Source of the DNA: the human T2T-CHM13v2.0 reference genome, Homo sapiens
Assembly (NCBI RefSeq): GCF_009914755.1
Contig: NC_060945.1
Strand: one strand, 5' to 3'
DNA length: 64,000 bases
Numbering within the stretch: position 1 is the stretch's first letter; every line of letters begins with the position of its first letter. A program made the position numbers and the translations under genes. Positions 42,004 to 55,907 of this stretch are shown one piece after another. Under the pieces are notes generated by a model that saw only the letters and a program-made list of their open reading frames with translations, was not told the origin of the DNA and made no database searches.

Positions 42004-42908
42004 TGTTTGCTCTCAGGGATTACTCAGGCCTGGTCTCCATTTTAATTTACTAATACTATCTCAAGCTAGATCTAGAGCAGTGGTTCTCAAAGCATAGTCC
42101 AAAGGCTTCCACAAAAAAGCCATACAATGTTTAGAATCCCAAATATTTTTGACCCCAGTTTATAGCAATAGAGAATGAAGACTTTGAATTGGCATCCTTA
42201 GGAAAATATACACATGGTTAAACAAGTTTTGGTAATGTTCCGGTAAAGATATATTAAGGATATTGCTTTTCCGCTCAAATCCATTGTTACAGATGTCCTC
42301 AAGGGACATCTATTACACTGAAAGAGAGGGACCTGGCTAGTAGACAAAGGCCATATATGTTTAGACTTAAAAATTATGTTAAGTATAGAATAAGTGTTGC
42401 TCCTTAAACTTGGAATTTATAATAAGCCAGCTGATAATTATCTGATTAGGTTGATGAAAGAGTTGGATTGCCAAAAAAGCCACAAGTCTACACTTTGAAA
42501 GTCTGTGACTGGTAAATCTGCAAATTAAGACTTGAACCTTTAAAAATATCGATTTTATTTTATGGTTTATAATCTTTTGCCAGTAATTTGGAAAGTATAA
42601 TGAAATCTTCAATTTCCTAAAGAAATATAATTTATCAAATTTACTCAGGTAGTAATAGAAAATCTAAAATCATCTAAAATAATTAAATAAAATTAATCAA
42701 CATTAAATATTTACCTCCCCTCCTCAAATTCCACATGCAAACAAAACTATCTGGGCCTAGATGGGTTAGCATATTATCTAAAACAAATACTTAGATATTT
42801 TCAAACTAACATACATTCTGCCAGTGAGAAAATTTTCCTTCAATTTATTTGAGTTATAATCATAATATGAAAAATAGAAGGAGGGTGAAAAAGGAACACA
42901 GAAAATAA

Positions 42909-43213
<305 letters not shown>

Positions 43214-44125
43214 AATAATACAAATATTTTAAGTAAATTTTATCACGTCAAACCTAGTGTTGTATATAAAAAAATACACAAATAAGTTTACTTCAGAATA
43301 GAAAAGCAAAGATATCATTGGAAATTTCTTAATATATTATACATAATTAGATTTAAGGTTTAGGCTTTGAGAAATATATTTGATAATATTCAATATTCTC
43401 CCATAATAAAATTTCTTGTCACTCTAGCACTAGGAAGAAATTTTATTAGCCTGCTAAATGTTGTGCACCAGAGAAAATATAGCTAGAATCATAAAGGTAA
43501 AAAGCCAGAAATTTTCATTAAAAAATCAGAAAAAAACAAGCAATTCCACTGTCAAGTTTATAAACTGCAGTTTCTATTGCACACGTACACAGAGTATGTT
43601 AAAATATTTATAGTAGAATCTCTTATAAGAGTAAACCATTGGATAAGACATGTCTGCCAAAACATTAACTGACAATAGACTCCCCTTCCCTCAAAAGTAT
43701 ATACATTCATTCCTTATATTACCATACAAGATTCTTATAAACATAACATTGAGTCAAACAATTTAAGCTTCAGACAGATACCTACAATTTAAACTCATAA
43801 AAAACTAGCATATGTGGTGTTAATGATGAATACATATGTAGTAAAAATACCCCAAAACTGCATAAGAATAATCAAAACTAAATACAGTAGTTACTTACCT
43901 CTGGGGAAGGAAGGGTAAAGTAAATACACCCAGGGATGTGGAGGGTGGTACCTATACCCTACTCAGCAAATTTTATTTTTTAAGTTGTATTGTTGGTTCA
44001 TAATTAATTATTATGCCATTCTTTACTGTTTCCTGTATTTTATAAATATTTAGTAATTCACTCTTAAAAATGAAGAGTGAACAGTTTTGATAGTTTTTAG
44101 TTCTGTGATGTTATTTCAAAAAACT

Positions 44126-44208
44126 ACATATACATACATGTAGATTTATGGTAATAAAATGCACAAATCTACACGTATGTGTATGTTTATGGTAATAAAA
44201 TGCACAAA
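44126..44208. repeat. Overlapping 22-bp inverted repeat and 41-bp-period direct repeat
   Basis: Arms 44126-44147 and 44165-44186 match 20/22; TTTATGGTAATAAAATGCACAAA at 44145 and 44186. Confidence 0.9.
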
Positions 44209-45449
44209 GCTACATGTGTGTATATGTATGTGCATGTGTATGTATATGTGTGTATATAGATACAGATATTCCACAGAGGTAGTACACAGAAACTGAAAGT
44301 GGTCCACAAATGACAAAAATTGTTAAAAAGGTATAGAAGAAATACATTATATGGAAAAATGAATAAATGTTTTTGAGATTACGTATGGACAAAAAGCTAA
44401 AGAGCATATGCTATAAATATATACAAAAGTTTAACATGTAACTTGTATGCTAAGAATTCATTTGGTTATTTCCAGATCATTTACAAAACTTTGAAGAACA
44501 GAACTGTTGCTATGGAGATTTTGTTTAATAGTCATCAAACTAAAGGCTACAAAAGCTAAAAATGCATTCATAAGAACATAATGCTCATGTTTATATTTTG
44601 AAGATCTATAGCGTGAAGCACATGTTCAGGTATTGCCAAATTTTGAAGCAAAGTTTCTAATCCTACTTAACTTAAAATTATTCTGCTATTATTTTAGATT
44701 AATTTATATTTTACTCCTATTGATCTGTATTTATATTGACAAGAGATCAAACATTATATACCATCATTGTGGGTAGTAGCTGGGGAAAAAGTCCTCATGA
44801 ATTATCTGCAAGTCTTAGGAAGAACACATTCTGAATCCTGCAGTTTTGTTCAGAGCTATCTCAGAGGTCCCTGCATATAAAAAGGAATTTTCAGAGCAAC
44901 AATTTTGGTTTTTTTCTTCCTAACAATTTGGCTTGGGTTCATAACTTGCTTATAGGGATTCACAGATTTTTTAGCATCCAAATTTGCAAAATTACCACAT
45001 TTCATACATATTGCCCACCTAAGAAAGTCTGTTCCTCTTCAATCTGGCTTGCTCATCTGTGATCTGACAGATGGATTCTACCCACAGGCAAAAGAAAACC
45101 TTATTTTAAAAATAAAAATTAATTACATCAAACTTAAAATCTCACATCGAGTTAGAAAGAATTTTTATTAAATAAAATTGTAGTGGAGTACTGGCAGCAT
45201 TGTTTTATATCCATTTTCATCTGTACACAAAGTATTTTTTTTTAATTGGTGAGGTCTAGCTAGTGCAGGTATTATTTATCTAAATTTGGTAGCGCAGTCA
45301 GATTGCAACAGAATGATGTGGCGACATTGTGATTTCTTATAAATGTCTATCTTTTCCCTCTTCCCGGCTAATAAGATGCAATGCTCTTGTTTGAAGAAAC
45401 CAAGATCCCAGCCACAAACAAGAGATAGTTATTGAACTAATCCAAAAGT

Positions 45450-45830
45450 TAGAATCCTCCTCCAATTTTCCTCTTGTAGCTAATGGTAACTGTTGTAACA
45501 CTGCTCTAGCCAATGGGGAAAATCTATCGGGTTGTGGAACTACAGGAAAAACTTCTGAGTTTCTAATGAAAGGGACAGATAAACCTGTCAACTCCCCTTC
45601 TAACTTTTTTCCTACTGTGATTGGAAATATCATGACTAGAACTGGGGCAACTATTTTGCTACTGTAATTTACATGCATGGAAGTTAAAATTTAACATTCT
45701 TAGGATGGTAGAAGAGAAATATAGAAGAATCTTGTACCCTCAATGGCATGACTGAGCGGTTAAGCAAATGCTAGCAACAGCCTAGTGTCAATTTACCTTG
45801 TCCCTTTGATTGATAGGGAACCACATATGT
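45450..45830 (+). mobile_element. Old MLT1 (J/K/L-like) LTR fragment
   Basis: ATGACTAGAACTGGGGCAACTATTTTG...GGATGGTAGAAGAGAAA motif pattern. Confidence 0.45.
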
Positions 45831-46584
45831 TATCTGTTTCTTCTTAAGGTAGCATCTGAGGTTGTTTTTAAAGTGTTATGCCTGCTTTATCCAAGTTATG
45901 AGGTTTATGAGCATAAAGATCTTGTGATGTTTTCTTATTATTATTTTAGTGTTTGTAGGCTCAAAATGATGCCCCTCTCTTATGTCCCATCTTGGTAATT
46001 TGTATCTATTGTTCATGTTTATTATAGCTGGATGGTCATCAATTTTACTGACATGTCAAAGCAGTTTTGATATTATTGACCTTTTCTACTGTTTTTCCCT
46101 TTTCGATCTCATTGATTTCTGCTTTTATTTCTATATTTTCTCCTAATGCTGTGTTGCTTGCTTTTAGTTTAATTTGCTCTTTTTTCTGCTTTTTTTAAAG
46201 GCAGATATTCAGATCATTGGCTTGAGACATCTATTGTCTATATTTATTTTCTATATTTCTATACTCTATTTTCTAATTTGTCTTTACTGCTTTGGCTGAA
46301 TCCCACGAAATGTGAATGTAAATGTCAATTTTGTCAAATTGCTTGATAATGTTCTCCAAGTTTTCCATATATTTACTCATTTTCTGTCTACTTGTTACAT
46401 CAATTGCAGAAGAGTGTTAAATTCTCCACAAATTCTCATTGTGGAACATTAATATTCTTACACAGCTCTAAAATGCTTTTTGTAACTTTTTTTTTTATTT
46501 TGTTTCAGTTTGGGTAATTTATATTTGTATGGCTTCAAGGGCATTGATTATGTCTTTAGCTCCATCAAGTCTACTGATGACACC

Positions 46585-47364
46585 TGCTGTGGGTTTAGTT
46601 GTGCCCTAAAAAAAGATAAGTTGAAGTTCTTAAACCTAGTACTTCAGAATGTGGCCTTCTTTGAAAATATATCTTTACAGAGGTAACTGAGTTAAAACAA
46701 GGTTATTGGGGTGGACCCTACTCCAATGTGGCTTGTTTCCTTATATAAAATGGAAATTTGAATGCAGAGGCAGACATGCAGAGAGAGAGGATGATGTGAA
46801 GACATAGAAGGCCATGTGAAGATCGGCAATTGGAGTGATACATCTATGAGCCAGGGAATGCCTGAAGCTACCAGAAGTTAGGATGCATGGGGTACATCCT
46901 TCCCTAGTGCCTTCAGAGTGAACGTAACCCTGATGACATCTTGGTTTCATACTTTTAGTATGCAGAATTTTTTTTTTTTTTTTCTTTTTAGATGGAGAGA
47001 TGGAGTCTCGCTCTGTCACCCAGGCTGGAGTGTAGTGACACAATCTCGTGTCACTGCAACCTCTGCCTCCTGGGTTCAAGCTATTCTCCTGTCTCAGCCT
47101 CATGAGTAGCTGAAATTACAGGCATGCACCACCACGTCCCGCTAATTTTTGCATTTTTAGTAGAGATGGGGTTTCACCATGTTGGCCAGACTGGTCTCAG
47201 ACTCCTGACCTCAAGTAATCCACCTGCCTCAGTCTCCTAAAGTTCTGGGATTACAGGCGTGAGCCAACATACCCAGCCTAGCACAGAATTCTGAAACAAT
47301 GTTTCTGTTATTTTAAGCTCCCCAGTTTCTGGTACTTTGTATGGAAGCCCTAGGAACTAGTACA
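46585..47364 (+). mobile_element. MLT1C-type MaLR LTR, split by an Alu
   Basis: TCAGAATGTGGCCTT...GGCCATGTGAAGAT...GCCCTAGGAACTAGTACA. Confidence 0.85.
46968..47278 (-). mobile_element. AluS (Sz/Sx-like)
   Basis: Dimeric Alu with poly-T; imperfect TSD ending CAGAATT. Confidence 0.93.
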
Positions 47365-48248
47365 ACTCTAAAGGTTTTCATTTCTCTTCGTGTTTTTTAT
47401 TTATATCATTTGCGTTTTATTCTTGATATATTTTTCATTTCTCTACTGAATTTTTCTATCTGGTCATGCATGTTGATTTTTTTACTAGATTATGTAACAC
47501 ATTAACCATAGTTATTTAAATTTCATGTTTAATGTTTCCAAAAATTGTGTAATCTTGCAATCTGGTTCTGTTAGTTACTTTGCCTCTTAGCATTAGGCTC
47601 TATTCTCTTGCTTTTTTATCTGTCTTCTATTTTACATTGAATACCAACCCTCATATGAAGAACATTAGAAATTGAAGTAGACAGTATTTACGATTAAAAA
47701 TGAAACTGCCTTTTATTCTACAACGCTAATATGTGTGACAGTATGCCAATCTAGGAAGCAATTGACTGGGTTTGGATTTATTGTTATGAAAGTTGCCTTG
47801 AAGTTTACCAAGGTTACTATGCCATTGGCCTTGAGTTCCTTTAGTGCCACATCTTAACTACCTTAGATGAGCTGTCCTTGGATTTCAGGCTACTTGTCTG
47901 ACCTGTGACATCAGCATTCGGATGGACTTGAGGAAGGCTATTAGTTTCCAGTTAATTGGGCTTTTTTTGGTCATTGAAGAAATAATCGTTTTATTAGATT
48001 TCTCCCTTAGGTCTTCTCAGGTCTCCAAATGGTAGAGATATTTTAGAGAAAAGTGGAACTCTTCTTGCTATGTGAGAAGAGAAAAATAATCACCTACATG
48101 ATTAAGCACTTTTAGCTGTACTTTTTGTAACTTGAAATCAAACACGTTAGTAGCTAAAATATCTGTTTTTGTCCCAGGTTTTGTAACACACAAAGTCACA
48201 CAACAACTCACACACATACTGTGGAAAATGCATGTGTGCGTTTGTGTG

Positions 48249-50183
48249 TATATTATATTATATATTATATATAAAATATATAAATATGTATTATATTACA
48301 TATTATATACAAAACATATAAATATATATTACATATTATATAACATATATAAATATATATTACACATTATATATAACATATATAAATATATTACTTATTA
48401 TATATATTATATATAATATAATATATATAATATATAATATATTTATATATGTTATACATAATATATATTATATATTATATAATATATAACATATTATATA
48501 ATGTTTTATATATAATGTATTATATAATATTTTATATAATATATTATATATAAAATATTATATAATACATTATATATTATATGTAAAATATTATATAATA
48601 CATTATATATTATATGTAAAATATTATATAATACATTATATATTCTTATATATATATTATATATATATAAAATATATAATATAAATATTTAATATAAAAT
48701 ATATAATATATATTATATGTAAAATATAAAATATATAATATATATTATACATTATATGTAAAATATATAATATATGTAAAATATATAAATATATATTATA
48801 TTAAATATTATATGTAAAATATATAAGTATATAATATATCATATATTATATGTAAAATATATAAATATATATTATATTATATATTATGTGTAAAATATAT
48901 AAATATCTGTTATATTATATATTATATGTAAAATATATAAATATATTTTATATATTTGTATATTTATATTTATAAATAAATATATCTTTATATTTGTAAT
49001 ATATAAAATTATATATAATTATAATATATAAAATATATAAAATATATTTAAAAATTATATATTTATATTCATAAATAAATATAAAATATATTATATATAT
49101 TATATAATATATATAAAATATATTATATATATTATATAATATATATAAAATATATTATATATATTATATAATATATATAAAATATATTATATATATTATA
49201 TAATATATATAAAATATATTATATATATTATATAATATATATAAAATATATTATATTATATATTATATAATATATATAAAATATATTATATTATATATTA
49301 TATAATATATATAAAATATATTATATTATATATTATATAATATATATAAAATATATTATATTATATATTATATAATATATATAAAATATATTATATTATA
49401 TATAATATAATATATATAAAATATATTATATTATATATAATATAATATATATAAAATATATTATATTATATATAATATAATATATATAAAATATATTATA
49501 TTATATATAATATAATATATATAAAATATATTATATATATTTTATATAATATATATAAATATATAGTATATTATATATCATATATTATATAAAATATATT
49601 TATATAATATATGATATAATATAAATTTATATATCAATATATATCTTATATATTATATATTATATATTTTATATTTTATATGTATTATATAATATATAAA
49701 TATTTACAGTATATATTATATTAATGTAATTATATAAAAAATATTCACATTATATATTATATTATATATTAACATATAAAAATATATACTGTATTATATA
49801 TTAACATACAATAATATATACTGTATTATATATTAATATATAATAATATATACTGTGTTTATATTAATATATAATAATATATACTGTGTTTATATTAATA
49901 TATAATAATATATATTGTATTATATATTAATATGTAATAATATATACTGTATTATATATTAATATGTAATAATATATTACTATATATGGTATTATATATT
50001 AATATATAATAATATATTACTATATATGATATTACATATTAATATATAATAATATACTAATATATAATATATAAATATTTATATAATACTAAAATATATT
50101 ATATATTATATTTTATATGTAATATATATTTTATATATAATATATAATTTGTATGTATAATATATATTTATATATATATATAT
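48249..50183. repeat. ~1.9-kb AT-rich compound minisatellite / low-complexity tract
   Basis: Almost entirely A/T; includes the ordered 32/35-bp array at 49081-49520 and a ~32-bp CTGT-marked array at about 49780-49960. Confidence 0.97.
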
Positions 50184-50543
50184 AGTGAGAGAGAGAGAAG
50201 TATACCTAGATATGCAATGCTTCAGATTTGCTTAAACTGTATGTTCTCTAGTATTTATATTAAGTCATATATTGGAAAGTGTAAAATATTCCAACATTTC
50301 AATTCAAAACTTTCAAAAAATGTACTATCTGCTGCAGGAAAGTTACCATTTAAACATTTTGTGGGGCAAAACTTTCTCATACATAACCCCTATCCTGAAA
50401 AAGTTTATAAAATGGAAGGAAAAAAAAAAACCATGTAGAGAAAGTTTAAATTGTTCAAAATTATTTTATTACTTTTCTATCATATGTTGATTAAATATAG
50501 AAAATAATATATTATATGCTATATCCAAATAAGATAATGTGGT

Positions 50544-51187
50544 TTGTTTATTGCAGCACTATTCACAGCGGTCAAGATTGGGAAGCAACCTAAGTGTCCA
50601 TCAACAGACAAATGGATAAAGAAAATGTGATACCTATACACAGTGGAATACCATTCAGCCATAAAAAAGAGTGAGATCCTGTCATTTGCAAATGTGGGTG
50701 GAACTGGAGGTCACTATATTAAACGAAATGAAACAGGCCCAGAGAAACAAACTTCACATGTTTTCTTTTATTTGTGATTGCTAAAAACTGAAACAAAGGA
50801 ACCTATGAGTTTTATAGATTCCCTATCTAAAGATAAAGAGTAGAATCAACCTTCCCAGGAAACATAATCAGGCTTTGGCAGGGGAGTGGGGACTGGTTAA
50901 ATGGGTATAAAAATATAGTTAGCTAGAATATATACAATCTAGTATTTGATAGTGCAACAGGGTAACTATAATCAACAATAGTTTATTATACATTGAAAAA
51001 TAACTAAGAGTCTAATTGCATTGTTTGTAACACGCAGTAAGGGTAAATGCTTGAGGTGATGGAGAACCCATTTACCTTGATGTGATTATTGTTCGTGGTG
51101 TGCCTGTATCAAAATATCTCATGTACTCCATAAATAAATATACCTACTATGTACTCACAAAAATAAACATTCAAAATTTTAAAAAAT
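50544..51187 (+). mobile_element. L1MA (MA2/3-like) 3' end
   Basis: TGTTTATTGCAGCACTATTCACA...AACCTAAGTGTCCATCAACAGA...CCTACTATGTACTCACAAAAATAAA. Confidence 0.9.
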
Positions 51188-51399
51188 TGACATTTTATTT
51201 GAGCATTTCTATATAAATGTTTAAAGTATTATAAGCATGAATAAATATTTACACAGATAAATTAAATTGTAGTGAGTTTCCTTTCGGCCTTAAACCTTAC
51301 ACTCCAATACCAGAGTAGAAATTTTCAAATTTATTTAATTTGAAGATGCTATTTAGCGACATAGCAAGTGGATATGTCTGTATTTTCTGAGTTCCTGCC

Positions 51400-51749
51400 T
51401 GTCGTAGTGTGCTCAAGCTGGCCATAACAAAATATCACCGACTGGGGTGGCTTAACAACAGAAATGTATTTCCTCTCGGTTCTGGAGTCTGGAAGTTCAA
51501 GAGCAGGATGCCAGCATAGTTGATTTCTGGTGGAGGCTCTCTTTTTGCTGTGTCCTCACATGGTAGAGAGAGGAATCTCTCTGGTATTTCTCTTTATAGG
51601 GGCATTAATCCCGTTATGATAGCTCCAGCCTTATGACCTGATCTAACCCTTATAACTTCCCAAGAGCCCCATCTTCAGATACCATCACAAAGTGTGTCAC
51701 AGCTTCAACAGATAACATTTGAGGGATCACAAACATTCAGTCTCTACCA
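51400..51749 (-). mobile_element. MLT1A-type MaLR LTR
   Basis: CCATAACAAAATATCAC...TTCTGGAGTCTGGAAG...CACAAACATTCAGTC; perfect TSD CTGCC. Confidence 0.88.
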
Positions 51750-52645
51750 CTGCCTAATAGTTTAAATAAAACTAGTTAGGATTAATGGAAATAATAGTGT
51801 AACCTTTGAAGTGCCATCTGATTCCATTTTAGTATTACTACTTAGTCATTAATGGATGCAGAACACACACATACCACACACACAAACACACATGCACACA
51901 CACACACACACATATGTCTGTATATTAGCTTACAAGCATTATTCATAGAGTAGACTTTTCTATAGGTCATCAAGAAGATTGGAACTGTCCATATTTTAAA
52001 CCTATCCTGGGAAATTTATTTTATCACAGTGATGTCCTGCCCAGTGTTTCCACAGAAGAATTACCAACTACACTGAGAGAAGCATCTCAAAACAAAGGTG
52101 TCTCTTTTTTTTTTATTGTTAGTGTTGCTATGCTTTTTTGTTTACTTTCTTCCATCTTTTGCTATGTTTTATAGAGCATGCTATTATTTCCACAAAGGAG
52201 AACTATATTTAGAAGTAATATTAGCAAATTGTCTTAGTGTGTTAAAAATTGAATTTTATTGATTAAATAATACTGAGAAGTATACTTTTTCTCCTTTCAG
52301 GCTAAAAAGAATATAAAATATAAAACCAACAATATTGTAGCTATCAGTTGGTTATTCCTGCTTTCAGCAAATCCATTTTACTTTTTAAGTTTTTGATAAT
52401 ATCAAAAATAATTGACTAAAAAAATTAAATGAGAGTGAAGAAAAGTTTTAGGAAGACAATTAAAAGAAAATTAAAAACTGAAAGAAAAGACTCAGGCTCA
52501 ACTACTTCCTAAAATAATACCAGCATTTCTCATCTAAACTTCCATTTGTTTCTTTTCAAGTCACATGTGAAAGCTAGGAAAGGGGCAATTAATGTATCGT
52601 GACTGAAGACTTTGCAAAGTTCAAGTATACAAAACAAACCAATTA

Positions 52646-53023
<378 letters not shown>

Positions 53024-53965
53024 TTAAAAAGGAGGGATTCTATACAAGGAAGAATGTAAGTTTCGTATATAGGAAATTTTAAAAAAAATCAGGTTTAGCT
53101 GCTGATTTCTGAACTACATTTTCTTAAATGAATAATTTCTGAAATTAATGACATGTAATTTAAAGAAATGTGTGTTCTGTCATTTTGGCTTGAAGAATTG
53201 ACCACTGGGTAGCATTATCAATTTTACGTAGGTACTAGTATTGTATGTCTGGAGGCTTTTATGTAAAATTTTAATTTCTGAAGAGTCATTCCAAGTATTC
53301 TCAAAAGAAAATACAAAGTTTTACATAATTCATGGAACATTTTTATTTGCATACGTCATTTTATTAAAGCATGGGTAGGTTTTTTTTAAATCTTTTTTCC
53401 TCCTTCTTTTTGCTAAATAATAAGACATGGATTTTTTCCCCCTAGATGAGACTGAAACGTTTCAGTAAGATTCTATTGGATAAATCTGTCTATTTCTGAA
53501 TCTCAATTATGGACCAAGGTCAATCTGACAACGATACACTTTAGTCAGATGCAAATTGAGAAATATAGCCAAGTACTTGTTTTAAACACCTTGAAAAAAG
53601 TTAAAACACGTTTATAATATTTTAGGATGCTTGCAAAGGCAAACTTCATAGAAAAAAGAGAGGCCTTAGAGGCCAAATACCAAGAATAGAACTTACTGCT
53701 GACTCAGTAAATAAAGAATATTTTGTGTTAGTAGTAAACTCATTATAAACATACGAGTTATGGCCGTGCCAATACTGCCAACATCAATATATGCTAAGCA
53801 CTTTTTATGTGCAGGCATTGTTCCAAACAAGTTGTACTCTTCGTTTTTTATCTTTCTTTTACCCACTCAAGAAATAGAACCAAAAGAAGAAGGGAATAAG
53901 GAGAGGAAATTTAATAAATATACGAAAGATATTAAAAGCCAATTCTCTCTCTCTTACTGCACACA

Positions 53966-54473
53966 TGCCGAGACCAGCTCGGTCGGGGAGACCCTAACCC
54001 AGTGGCACTAGAGGAATTAAAGACACACACACAGAAATATAGAGGTGTGAAGTGGGAAATCAGGGGTCTCACAGCCTTCAGAGCTGAGAGTCCCGAACAG
54101 AGATTTACCCACATATTTATTAACAACAAGCCAGTCATTACCATTGTTTCTATAGATATTAAATTAACTAAAAGTATCCCTTATGGGAAATGAAGGGATG
54201 GGCCGAATTAAAAGAATAGGTTGGGCTAGTTAACTGCAGCACGAGCATGTCCTTAAGGCACAGATCACTCATGTTATTGTTTGTGGCTTAAGAATGCCTA
54301 TAAGTGGTTTCCTGTTCTGGGCGGGCCAGTGTTTCTTGCCCTCATTCCGGTAAACCCACAACCTTCCAGTGTGGGCGTTATGGCCATCGTGAACATGTCA
54401 CAATGCTGCAGAGATTTTGTTTATGGCCAGTTTTGGGGCCAGTTTATGGCCAGATTTTGGGGGGCTTGTTCCC

Positions 54474-54477
<4 letters not shown>
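53966..54477 (-). mobile_element. MER9 (HERV-K9/HML-3) solo LTR
   Basis: Minus strand begins TGTTGGGAACAAGCCCCCCAAAATCTGGCCATAAACTGGCCCCAAAACTGGCCATAAAC; 6-bp TSD CACACA. Confidence 0.92.

Positions 54478-54510
<33 letters not shown>
54476..54510. repeat. (CA)17 microsatellite
   Basis: Uninterrupted run abutting the MER9 terminus. Confidence 0.97.
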
Positions 54511-54512
<2 letters not shown>

Positions 54513-54994
54513 TTATCACTCTTTCCACATAGTGTATGTGTGCGTGTATGTACTTTACAGATCAAATTTCCTCTCCTTTTCCATGCACATGGTCAGTTTT
54601 CAATTCATTTGTGTAAAATCTCCCAGAGTGAGCCCATGATCTGCCATTCTAAATTCCAAATGCTGTAAGAGATGAAAAGGCTCTGGTTGTACTTGATTCA
54701 TGTGGCCAGCACTAACACTGCTCTATGTAGAAAATGGGAACAGCCTCATAATTTGGAAATACAGCTACTAAGAACTCAATAATATGGTTTTGAGATTGAT
54801 TTTTTTTTTAAAATTAGAGTTGGTCATGATGACTTACAAATACACTTTCAATATTCTTGTCACATATAGAAAGGATTACAGATAAGCCCTAAGCCTAGTC
54901 CTGTGGCCCTTTTTCCCTTCTGAATAATATTATCTTGGTAATGCAGACTTAGTGATGGTTGAAGTATTTCAGATGGATCTGTATTTATATTAGG

Positions 54995-55240
54995 AGACAG
55001 CAGAGCATGGTGTGTGTAACAAGGGATTTGAAGCCAGGTATATCTGCATTTAAGTGTATGCTGTGTTTTTCAATTGTTCTGTGGTCATGGCCAAATTATT
55101 TGCTGTTAATTTTCAGTTTCCTCAGTAACAAAAATAGGGGTAATAACATTAGTTGTATTGTAGATTTCTTGAGTGGGTAACAAAAAAGATAAATATTACA
55201 ACTTGTTTGGCACAATGCCTGCACATAGAAAATGCTTATT
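54995..55240 (+). mobile_element. MIR
   Basis: TCAGTTTCCTCAGTAACAAAAATAGGGGTAATAAC...GCACAATGCCTGCACATAG. Confidence 0.7.
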
Positions 55241-55469
55241 ATATATTGATGTTGGTTGAATTGGCAGAGGTAGAAATGATGGTAGAGTAGTAGTTGGTAG
55301 AAGCATTAATCTATCGGGTAAGTGAAAGGGACAAGGCAACTTTCAATAGGATTTGGCACCTGATTTGGGTATTTAACTCATAGCAGGACATGTGTCAAGT
55401 ATTCTGAGCGAGATATATAACAGAGTGGAAAGAAGCATTAGATCAATAAGGAATACCAGAAAATAGGTG

Positions 55470-55907
55470 ATATACTAGCTTTTTTTATTGTTGCTATAAT
55501 GCATTACCATTAGTGTAGTGGCTTATAAAACACAGATTTATTATTTTACTGTTATAGAAGTCAGAATTCTGAAATGGTCTCACTGGTCTGCATTCATTCT
55601 TGAGGCTCTGGGGAGAATCTGTTTCCTGCCATTCACAGCTGCTATAGGCTGTGCACATACCTTGGCTCATGGCCCCCTTCCAGACTCTCCTGTCTTCCTC
55701 TTTATCTTTTAAGGCCTCCTATAATTATGTTGTGCCCACCAGATAATCCAGAATTATCTTCACATAACAAGGTCAACTGATTAGCAACCGTAATTCCATC
55801 TAGAATCTTAATTCTGCCTTTCATGTAACATAAAATGTTCAGAAATTAGGAGAATAAAGATGTGGACATCTTTGGAGGTGGTAGAGGGCATTATTCTGCC
55901 AACCACA
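55470..55907 (-). mobile_element. MLT1D/E-type MaLR LTR
   Basis: GAGGCTCTGGGGAGAATCTGTTTCCTG...CCTTGGCTCATGGCCCC...GGCATTATTCTGCCAACCACA. Confidence 0.82.

Larger units (their letters stand above)
41104..42055 (-). mobile_element. MER4-group ERV1 solo LTR (same family as 3494-3914), carrying THE1 and an inverted duplication
   Basis: Reverse complement is colinear with 3494-3914; perfect 4-bp TSD CTAT at 41100-41103 and 42056-42059. Confidence 0.8.
46000..47800 (-). mobile_element. Highly diverged L1M fragments (host of MLT1C)
   Basis: T-rich L1-like segments (TCATTGATTTCTGCTTTTATTT; TTTAATTTGCTCTTTTTTCT). Confidence 0.55.

Noticed and set aside
42291-42311. 8-bp stem AGATGTCC/GGACATCT, and similar short stems near 32887 and 60436
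   Set aside because: Stems of 6-9 bp are expected by chance at this window size.
54243-54252. p53 half-site GAGCATGTCC in MER9
   Set aside because: Only one half-site, with no adjacent second decamer.
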